A stretch of DNA of 64,000 nucleotides, from contig CM068755.1 in assembly GCA_035084275.1 (NCBI GenBank), forward strand, positions 14,074,001-14,138,000. Direction: 5' to 3'. Shown here piece by piece: positions 25,525-36,500 of this stretch. The translations under genes and the position numbers were made by a program. The DNA comes from Hydrolagus colliei. Taxonomy: Eukaryota. The notes under the pieces were generated by a model. It did no database searches and was not told where the DNA came from. It saw only the letters and a program-made list of their open reading frames with translations. Numbering within the stretch: position 1 is the stretch's first letter; every line of letters begins with the position of its first letter.

Positions 25525-25984
25525 AATTTTAAATCTATTCTAGTTCTTTGGTGGCGGATGTTTGCGCCAGTGTTTTCTTGGCTTTAAGTTTGACGTAAAA
25601 CTTTTTGGAACACATTTGCGTTCTATCCGAGCGAAATAAAGAAGGCACAATTGATTTTTCCCCTCGTAATAAAACATGCCACAAAAAAAAACCTGATCAG
25701 ATATTTGATTTAAACTCCACTGCTGTCTTTGCCACTTGAAATCTTTCAGTCCTAGTACACTATCTGTCAGTCCAGAAAAGCATATCAACTTTCCCCATTT
25801 AGTCCTTCAGGGATTCCCTTTGAACATTTAGGGGAATTCTCCAATTCTAGTCCTGTAGGGATATTTTGCTGTCTGCTGATACCAATCCATTGTATAGAAT
25901 ACAATTATAATGCTATAATTTTAAAGCCAAAATAATGCTAAATTGCCATATCCTACTTATTGGATGTGATTTCTCTCTGTACAG

Positions 25985-26037
25985 ATCCCCCGCAGACAAA
26001 GAAAGTAAGAAAGGTGCCTCCTGGTTTGCCTTCTTCT
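25985..26037 (+). CDS. TCF12: TCF12 exon ~8 (53 nt, phase 1-0): DPPQTKKVRKVPPGLPSS
   Basis: tgtacag acceptor, TCT|gtgagt donor; invariant E-protein KKVRKVPPGLPSS motif. Confidence 0.96.
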
Positions 26038-26088
26038 GTGAGTATAGTTTTTTTGGTCTTAATACATTGTACGATTGGATGAACTAAA

Positions 26089-26275
26089 AATAATGATAAT
26101 AATCCTTGCACTTGATATAGCGCCTTATCACGTCCTCGCGACGTCTCAAAGCGCTTCACAGAATATACTATAAAGTGAATTGACTGTCTATTTTGTGGGA
26201 GCGAAACGCGGCAACCAATTACGCACAGCAGTGTCCCACAAACAGTCGTGGATTGAAGTGACCAATTTATTATAT
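26089..26275 (-). mobile_element. 5'-truncated SINE, same family, ~50 nt downstream of exon 8
   Basis: Reverse complement aligns by eye with 20003-20187. Confidence 0.88.
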
Positions 26276-29200
26276 ATAACCCTATCACCCCCAAGGAGGA
26301 TAATTATTTTGTTGCATCAGTTTAAAAAAAGAAAATAGGTTTTACAAATCCTGTGAATTTTACAAAAGTAAGGTATACAAGCTAGTATTTGTGCAGTTTA
26401 AATTTACAGGCCATGTCTAGTTGTTAGATTTAGTAATGATGATATGTGGCTTATTCGTACAATCTTACCCCTTGTCCTAGTCCTCTTGGGAGACAAGCCA
26501 GGACAGAAGCTGTCAAAGAAAATCTCCCGTACAGGTCTTTTGATGTTTAATTAGTCATTATGTTGCTGAACAGGAGGACAGACAGAGATTAATAGCTCAG
26601 AATCTTAGAAATTTACATTTATAATAATCCCAGTGGAGCTGAAGACATTAAGATTCTGAGGACACGTACAATTCAGATTGCCTCAGTAGGCTGAGGTTAT
26701 TAATATGCATAAATCACCAAGTCAGATGTTCATTGTGAAGCCCTAGTGGATTTTAAAGCCTTCATTAAGCCTTTCCCTAACTTCAGGCTTACATCAGAAA
26801 GGCTTTCAAGCAACTAGTTTGTTGATCCCTCTTTGCTCTAAAATTTATCCTTTGAGAATAAAATGCTTTGATGAAAAAAAAGGTTGCTAGGGTTTGGTAA
26901 AAATCATTAATGGCTCTGATAATCTAATGCTATAGGGTGTTCTGTGGCATTAAATGTGCTTTATTCTTTAAAAAACAAAATTGTGGCTGATTCTGCGTTT
27001 ATAATTCTGTACGAAATAAAAACCACTGCGTGCCAAGGGAAGCTTGGTGACTGAAACTAATATGAGGGACAGAGAAAGTGGTGTTGGCTTGCTGGGTAGG
27101 TCTCTTTGTTGTGTAAATGCATGTAAGGATTTTATTTGTCAGCACTTAACACATGGACGCAGGTGCACTTGGGATGAATCATAATTCAGTGTACGCTGAA
27201 TAGACTCGTCGATGCACGGGGTACGAACAAAGAGAGGATGAAGTGAAGACCATTTTTTTTTTGTGTGTGTGTGTGTGTGCGCTCCACATTGACTGTTTCT
27301 CACAAGTTATCTCATACGAGCTGCCTCTATTAAACCACAAAGGCTGATCCCGAAAAATATTCTTGACTTTCATTCCAGATGGGACCGTAGTAGTTAGTGT
27401 AGCTGTGGGCAGCTGTGTGCCAAACCTGCAGCCTACCTGGAAGCTGTGAGTGCAGCTGCAGATTCTCTTTAAAAGCTGTGCTTGCATAAGCATTTGGTCC
27501 ACTAGAGGCTGAATAGCTACTTGAAAAACAGAACAAACACAAAGCTTCGAATCATTATTCCCCAGGCCAGGAAAATTTGCATTAACTGAAGATAGTTTGC
27601 AATTTACATTTTTTATTACTGTTCACTGTTATAATTGATCGCAAAGCCTTCGAAAGGAAACGTGAGGACGCACGCCTTCATTGGCAAACAAAATTAAGGT
27701 ATAACCATTACCATCTTTTTAAAAAAAGAAGCCAGGATTTATCTGTACCTTTTCGTTTTACGAATTCTTGTGGCTCAGTGAACAGCCTGCACAAAGAAGA
27801 AACATATCCTGTCTGCTGTTCTTTTTTTGGCAAGTAGTTTAAAATACTTTATGTGGGAATAGGCTCTCTTCAGAACTTGGTATCCTGCAGACATAATCGC
27901 AAAGCCTGATGTGACATTTCTATATTAGCTGGGGTAGTTTATGAGTGAAAACTTCCCTTCAGGGAGTAGTACTCGCCAGATCCCTGCCAGTGAATTGTCA
28001 TCCGCTCTCGAAAGATTGTTCACACAATAATCTTGTCCTGTTGGATCTCGCGGTGAGCCAGGACCCAAGGAACATTGAGAAGACACAGACACAACCTCTG
28101 ATTTTCGAGCACAATCGGCTATTCTGTGGAATACCTCGGGTGATTATTCTATTTACAGTGCAATTGTGTTTGTCTAATGGTTTCCTATTACGGCAAACTG
28201 GAAGAGGATACACCCACTTAAATAAGGGGTAAGGTTCAAACACACGAACCTGTTGATTAAAGTGCCATCTACTGGAAAACCCAGAAGTTGCACCACTTTG
28301 CACCTGTTCAGAATTGTAGGGCTATCTAAATAGTTTACTCTAAAGTTACTTGCATATGTTTTGATTTACAGTATTATTTGGGGGGAGGTGGGGGTGGGGG
28401 GCCTAAATATTTAGTGTGATCCAAACTTTTTGACATTTCAGAATAAATTGAGGGGAGTTGTTAGCTTTGTTGCTCTAATGGTTCATTTACACGTGTGATC
28501 TCATGTCCCTTATGGATATATCTACAGAGAGCGAGACACACGATACACAACTGATGAACTAAACAAAGATCCTTTTGCAGTCATATCGGATGCTACAGTT
28601 TAGGCATACACGGTTCGATTTTCAAAAGATTTTAACTTTGATGCGAAAGGCAACTGATACACATTATGTTTTCAAAACATTTTTCTTCGATCTGGCAGTG
28701 GCATCTTCTATCACTTTTAACGTTTTGAGATAAAGGATAATTTAAATGATTGAACTGTGGGCCTCGTACCAGGTGTGTCATGAGAGGGGTGGCGGGGGGG
28801 GGGGGGGGGGGGGGAGGGGTAAAAGCATTAACCACATCTTTATGATCATATACAACATTGTCCATTAGGTTTCATGGTACTATCTTCAAGTCCTGTCTGG
28901 CCAGAAGTTATTTGATCATACATTAGGTGCTTATGTAATGAATAAGGGTGTTTTTGCCTTATCTGAAATGTGTTGGTTGAGTAGATATTTAGCCTTTGCT
29001 GTGTCTTGGCCGTTTGGAGGTGCTGTAGCATGAAGCAGCAATAGACATTTTCTGTCCCTGGTTAAAATGCAATGAAATGCTGATGCAGTGGTCTTAGATA
29101 ATCTAACGTAAAATGTGATCTCATGCAGAAATACATACAGTGATGAAAGTACAGCAAACAAATGGACTGGAATGTGAAATGGCTGTAGATGAAATCCATC

Positions 29201-32200
29201 GTGATAGATAGCCTTTCACGCTGTAGGCTACACAGCTAATAAGGTGATATCTTGATCTAAGAGGTAAATTTTTAAAAGATCACATTTTAACACTAGTTTA
29301 TTAGATCTTTACTGTACTAGTTTTTCAATGTGTACTGTATGTTTTTTTTTGTTACCATATCTGGGTGTTCTTAGCGATTTCTTTTGTGCCCCTGTTACGT
29401 TTAGACAGCCGCCCAGCGATTATAGTAAAGGCTCTCTAAATCGCATCACTTTTCTCGTGTTCTTGGAAAGGGATATCTCCCAAGTAATCTTTAGAGAACG
29501 AGAAAACGTGTGTCCTGTTTCTGGACTTAGTTGTGACTATGGAAGGGACTTCTGAGTCTTTATTCCAGCCAGTTGGCCTTTTTCTAAATTTTCATGAGCT
29601 CTTTCATAAGCTCTGCCGTGCAGTGAGATTGTCCTAACCAGCAATAGATTAATACAGAGTTGTTTGCAGTATTAAATGGGCATCCGTACACACAACTGTC
29701 CCCCGCCACCCACCAATTTTTTTTTACAATTATGATCAAAAGACAATTGGTTTGGATGTCAAAAGATCTTCAGCCCATCTGACCACATCCTTCCAACACA
29801 CCCACCCACCCTCCTGTCCTCCCCCACCACATCCAGCTGTAATTCAAAAGAGTCCAGTGCACATTTTTTCACTGGAGTGCTGCGTTTTAGGGTAATTACA
29901 AATGCAATGTTTTATTGACTGTTAGCTCTGTAGTTTTATATTGCTGCAAACTAGTGCTGTTACTTTACCAGTTAGGGTAACAAGCAACTTACCCTAACAA
30001 CTCCTGCAAAGGCAGCAAAGAAACTTGATAACACTAGGTGGCAGTGCCCAGAGGTCATGTTGTATAACATTAAAACCTTAGTGTAGATAATGTCTTATGT
30101 TTCCAAATTGATACTGAATACAGTGCACTGCAATATATTTTAACATGTTATCGGCTAATCATCAGATATAACCCGTTCAGTGCCTAAAATTGAGACAGTT
30201 TTAGTATTTACCTGAGCTGAACCTGGTGAATAGAGAACCAAAATAGCATTTCCTCCCATTCTGTGACTATCGATTGTTTTGTTTCATGATATTTCCAATA
30301 ACATTTTTCTGCATTACAATATATTGTTAACATTGCATTTGCTAAAATATACCTTACTTTCTGTTCTTGAAGACCACCACATTTCTGAAGTTTAATAAAT
30401 CACACTAATCCCTCCATTTGGTATTGCGACCTTCATGTGAGGAGCATGTTGAAAATTGCACTGTTTAAAAACAGTAGTAACTAGGTGTTATAGGCAATCA
30501 TGGCACAATTCTTTCAATTTAGTCGAGTAATTTCTCTATGCTTTGAAGTAAACTAACTCAAATTCACATTAAGTATTGCCGGATAAAACCATTCACATTT
30601 TAAAACGTTTCACTTAATATAACATGACAAGCATGAATAGTAAGGTCCTGGCGGGGTGGGGGGGGTGGGGGGGGTGTTTAGAAGTTACTTGATGTGATCT
30701 GTATGTTACTGTGTTTATTTGTTTTTCATTTTTTTATTCCACAACCAAAAAAACTGTTTGTAAATTTATAGCCATTGTATTGATTGATTTTTCCATACCC
30801 CATCTTCTCTTCCAATAGTAGTGTACATGTATAAGGTTTATCATTGTCACTTAGTCATTTAGATGGAATGTTATTGTGTCCCACTGGAACATTCATACAA
30901 AATGACTTCTCAGGTTGCCTCTTAAAGCATTAAAATGGGGAGCAAGAGATACCTAAGAAGTGTAGTTTTTTTTTAGATAATTTCGGAGTATTGTTCATAT
31001 TGTGATTATTCAGTACTACTGTACACTTTTCCTTCCAGCAATGCAGACATTTATATTTATTTTGAAACAATTGTGCTCGATTTGGGGGGAGAGGGGGAAA
31101 AACGATCAGAAGTGTACTCAAATTAGTCTGCGTCCCAGTGTATAAGAGTGCTTGATGGTGTAAAGATATTCTGTACCCCAGTGTTAAGCCTCTAAATACC
31201 TGCACATGTTGAATATTCTCCCAGGATAATAGTACTTGAAACAAAAATGGCACGACTTTTTAGAATTGCTTCATTTGAGGACACTGGCTCAGTAGAACTC
31301 CCTTCACCTTTCAATCGAGCCCAGACCAATGGGATCGAGGATCCTTGCTTGTCGGGACACTTAAGATCCTTACATCTGTTGGCAAGTTTGGTCAATTTGA
31401 CCCAGCTTCTTGTGTTTAAATCCCCCCCCAAAATTTGCTGCAAAATTTGGTATCCATTGGCACCCTGATTCAGTGGATGATTGGAATGTGCAATGGAAAT
31501 GTCACACTGGTGCAGTGGGATATTGCTGAGGTTTAAAATTAATTTTGCGATGTTCATGATAAACCTTTGGTCTGCACTTCATCTGGGCTGGAATTTTTTC
31601 TTGTTGCTAAAGCCGGGAAAGAATGCCATTTTCCCCATAAGGATGACGTCTGCAATGATCAGCCGAAATGCTTCTAAAGGCCCACCTCGCATCATTTTAG
31701 AATGCAAGTATTTTTTGATCCTTGTTATGTATAAGATTCCTGACTGTAAATGAGGTCAGGCGTTGCATTAATTCAGGTCATTTCTGCATGTCATCAAAGT
31801 GATCCCTTCTGTAAATTGCATGTCTGGCTGAAATAGTTTTCAAATCAGTACCGTCTCCAGCTGACCCTGGTGTCAGACGGAATCTAGGATTAACATTTCC
31901 TATGACGTTAATGGAACAAATAATTTCTCTTAACTGAGGTTCCATTGATCAGAAAGTGAAACATTTTTCAATTAAGCCACTCATAAAATGTAGTTTTAAC
32001 AGCGGTTTGCTTGTTGCTACAATTCAAGCCTGGCCTCGAAGCTGGAGAATTGAACAATTTTATGTTACGGTTAATAATTAGTTAATTCTATCTTTGTTTT
32101 TCCTTATAATTCTGCGCAGTGGTTCCATTTTTAAAAAATCTTGTGCACTACTAATGTCAACAGAGATTTCGGAGATGTGAATCCCTTTTTAACATATCAC

Positions 32201-32398
32201 TGTCTGATGAGACACAACACGTAAGGAGGTTTAGTGAATGGAATTGCTAATTGCAAATCAAAGCTTTTCCACTGGCCTCAGAGGACCAAAATAGGCCCTT
32301 GTGGTCTCTGGAGGAAGTTGCACGTCATTTTGCCTGGCATTTTATTAGCCTGACGCATATTGTTCTTTAGCAGCTGCTACTATTTTTTTTGCTAGAGT

Positions 32399-32514
32399 TG
32401 TGTGTGTCTGTGTGTATGTGTGTGTGTGTCTGTCTCCCTCTGTGTGTGTGTGTCTGTCTCCCTGTGTGTGTGTCTGTCTCCCTCTGTGCGTGTGTGTCTA
32501 CCTGTGTGTGCGTG
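32399..32514. repeat. Compound (TG)n / gtctgtctccct repeat ~1 kb upstream of HEBAlt
   Basis: gtgtgtctgtctccc unit repeated three times within a TG array. Confidence 0.85.
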
Positions 32515-32739
32515 TTTTCCGAGTGAATTTATTTATCCTGCTTTTTGTATGTAATTTAAAAAAAAACAATTTCAAGCAGCTTCCACGTGGGCTTGATTTT
32601 TTGAACTTGTCTCTGCGCAGCAATAAAAAAAAATGTTCAACTGTCTGATAAACAGGTAGCCTTTTGGCCTACACTTTTGCAGAGATTTTTTTTTAATCCA
32701 TACACTGGCTGCTCACTTGCAAGTCTCCCTCCCGAACTG

Positions 32740-33500
32740 TGTTACTTTCTCGGAATAAAGCCACCCAAAACCTTCATTTTCGCAGGCCCCTGGTTGTAAA
32801 AGCACCAAGCACTGAGCTGACATGCACTGTTTTGATGGTGGAGTGGGACTGCTTTGTTTATGTGGTTGCCCTGTCTCTCTTTCCTTTCTCTGCGCTGTAG
32901 ATGGAACACCACAGAGGTCACTTTTCTCTTTTGTTAAGTGGTGCTTTTGTTCACGTCTTTATTTACATTCTTGGAAGTGACTAGGGACAGAGGGACAGAT
33001 GGCAGTGTAGCCAGAAGTGCATCAGACAGTCTTTACTGCTACAAGTGTGCTAATTTAATTAAAAGAAAAACAGATTAAACGCAGACTTAGCTGTACTTGT
33101 TTATATTTTAGCTTCTGCTTCATTTGAAGAAGTTAACAGCCTAAAACTAGAAGTGTTACAGAATAGTTCCTTTAGATTTCCACAGATGTTTTTCTACTCC
33201 CTGCCCTCGTTTTAATATTTCTGCCTAAACGTTTCAAAATGGTCCTTTTTTTTTCTTGCTGTTGACATGGCTTCAATAACTGAATATGGAGTACAGCCAA
33301 TAAAGCTTAACTTCTTTCCCCGCCCCCACTACTATTGCGTAGAGTGGTTCAGCCCTACTTTGCATAAGTTCTTTCTGAGTAGATCCATGTGTGGAAAGAT
33401 ATTACTCAAGGAATTAGTCTGCCTGAAATTGTGCAGATGAATGTGTCGCACTGTTAAGTGCACATTTGCTGATCTCTCCGCACTAGATTTAGCCAGCAAC
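32740..33500 (+). promoter_or_regulatory. Putative HEBAlt internal promoter and 5' leader
   Basis: CCAAT at 33297 and GC box CCCCGCCCCC at 33318, ~180-200 nt before the ALT ATG; STAT-type TTCnnnGAA at 32747 and 32968; RUNX TGTGGTT at 32861; CAGATG E-boxes at 32996, 33183, 33434. Confidence 0.65.
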
Positions 33501-33569
33501 ATGTATTGTGCTTACACAGTGCCTGGTATGGGAGGAAATTCTCTTATGTATTACTACAATAGGAAAACG
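33501..33569 (+). CDS. TCF12: HEBAlt alternative first coding exon (ALT domain): MYCAYTVPGMGGNSLMYYYNRKT
   Basis: aacATG start, 23 codons, ACG|gtaagt phase-0 donor joining exon ~9; YYY motif typical of HEBAlt/TCF4-A. Confidence 0.95.
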
Positions 33570-36500
33570 GTAAGTGGTAGCTTTCTTTGTGTAACGTTTG
33601 TGTTAGAATTGGATAACCTGAATAGTGGCATAGATTTGTACAGAGCCATCGGGACTAGTAACTTAATGTAATTTCTTTTTAAAAAAAAAGAGGTACATGA
33701 TTATGGTTGAGATTCAAACGAGCAGGCATTTTTGAAGGATTCGGAACCATAGTACCAGCCAGTGCCTGTTTTCCTTCAGGATTCAATGCAGGATCATAGC
33801 GCTATAGACAGTGGCTTCGCTTGGTTGTTAAAACTGCATTAAAGTGTACATATGCGGAGTCTGAATATGATAGAAAGTGGCTTTGGACATTTGTTCGGAA
33901 GGCTGTCGTAAAATGTACAGATTGGATGGGTGGAGGAGAAACTTGTATTAATTTATTGGTGCTTTTAATCCCTTGAGTTGTGGAGTTGTGATGCAATCTA
34001 GTCAATTATTTGGTTTAGCTTTAAATTTTAGTTTTTTTTTGGTCATTAAGTAAACGATAAAGCGAAAAGATTCTGTTGTTTAAAAAAAATGTTTCGTTAG
34101 AATCTCTGGGAACAATTAAGAAACAGCCCACTGGTTAGCTGCGAGTTTCCTGTTTAGAAATGAGGTCCAGGAGCTGGCTTTAGCGTTGTTCCATCTGCTT
34201 CTAATCAAATCAGCATTCTTGACCCAACAGGGAGTCGAGTCCAATCTCAGCCATGTCACCGATATTCTCTTTGAAACCAAGGACCCTGTAAGCATTTATT
34301 GCACTTTATCCTGAAACACGGTGTGTGCTGTGGTTGTAGGAAGTGACCAATCGGCTCTTTCCGTTTTCCGTAGACTTTTGTTTTGAAAACTTGGAAGTCG
34401 AGTGAATGTACCAGGTACAATATCAAACGATTGAAAGATCCTTGTTACAATCAAAAGGATCTCTGTGGAATCTGATTATGTGGTTTTGCCACACAGCATA
34501 GATTTTTTTTATCTTGTGTCTTTTGCAAAGCAACTGGACGTTGACGAGCAAAATGAATCTGGATCGACTTGTTTAGAATGGATTGGAGATGCTGAAACGC
34601 TGGTACATAATTACAAACATGCAGTGTTGTGTGTTACTGGAGGGAGTCTTAGAAAGTTAATGTAATTTTTATGTTTTGCAGTATTGCTCCATTAGAACAT
34701 GTTCTTTGTTCTTGAAGCAGTAAAGCGGAGCTTTGATCTTTTGAGTATTTCCAGCTTGTGAGGGATAGTGGAGTTCAATACTGTTGAGGGCACCCACAGA
34801 AAATTGATAGCATATGCCTGCAGTAGGTCAAAGGGGGCCTTTATGAGCTTGCACAGTGAGTAAATAGATAATAAATTATGCCGGAGCCCTGTGTGCAGGC
34901 TTTAATGCTTTTAAAATCCACAGTGAATTGAAAAATATTTTTTTCGAAGGCGAGCAAAATTAAGGCAGCCCACATTATTTTGAGTAAATAATATTGTCAC
35001 ATCAAAAGGCACCATGAAGACTGAAAAGTATCTTTTGGAAAAAATAGAAGGAATTGGGGTTTAATTTGCTCAAATCTCATTTAATAATAATAGTCTTGGA
35101 CTTGTATAATTTCTGCCATCTGTTTTTTTAAAAAAAATCTGTCATTCTAATAAAGCTTTCATTTAAAAAGTTCCCATTGAAAATCAATTTTGGTAGTTAA
35201 AGAACCCTTTTTATTCAATTACAATTATAATTTAATTTTAACGATGGCAATCCTCCCCAGCTTGTGATCAGGATTGATTTTAAAAAAAAGGCCTAATTTG
35301 TGTTAGTTTTGATTTCAGTCATTTGGGCAATTCTATCAGGTTTATGTTTTAATTAATTCCTTTCTACATCGTAATCTCTGCCACTTTTAAGAAGCAACAT
35401 TATGACTCGGGGAGGGGGTGGGGGGAAGAAATGCAAATCCGCAGCAGGTTAATCAGCATTTGAAAGAGAAACGGGTTAATGGTTTGGGTAGGACCTTTCA
35501 TCAGGTCTTCCGCACAGCTGCTGTGAACGTAAATCTGTATGGACTGCAACATATTCTTTGCCCTGATAGGTGTATGTTGATGTCTTCTTAACTGCTGCCT
35601 CACAGTGCGTTGTTTTGTCATCTGCCCAGTTCAAAAACCGGCGGCGTAAAGCCGTTCAATCAAATGTTGTAGCCATTTTAAATCCCATTGCAACGTTACA
35701 ATTTAACAAAATAATTTTTGCAAATACCAGCTAATTGACTCTCCAGTTCCAGCTATATTGCTGCCAAGACCTGGGTCATCCCATCACTAGATTAATTTAC
35801 CTTTCCCTATTAGAAATTTTTAAGTGTGTGATTTCACACTAAACACAAAGTTAATTTATATCATTGCAATTGGAACCGCATTGAAGATTATTTTGTGTTG
35901 TAGAAAACTTTCCATCTAATTTGTTGACTGTTCAAAGTTTTGGTCTGAATTGGCCGTTTAATCCTTAAATTCGCTCAGCTATCCCAAAGATCCAATCCCA
36001 TATTATTGTAAAGATTCAGGTACATTGCTTCCATTAAATACGAGTGTATTAAAGAAGAGCATTAATGTGCATAACATTTCAAGTAATTATTGAGAAGTTT
36101 AAAGATGAGAGCATCAAAAAATGTGCTAGACTTGATTTGGGGATATTTATTCTAACCAGTTGTGGCATATTTAGCAACTGCACCTCTAGTGTCGTTCATT
36201 GAGGGATTAATGTAAAGTTTCATTCAGGGTTTATTGCAGTAATCACACGCGGTCAAATTAACTCTCTGTTATTATCACATTTCCAGTGATGTTTTGATGA
36301 GCGAATTACAAATCATGACATTGTGTCCTTGTATCTGCATGCAATGTTATTAAAGCAATGATATTGCAAAGCCCCAGCATTATAAACTGGAAAGTACCAT
36401 ATAGTTTCACATTGCAAATTCAACTATCGAGTCCAGGTACCAGTATTTTGTATAAACAAAGCAGCATCTTTGAAACATAAAACCTCTGAAGGAAAAGGTC

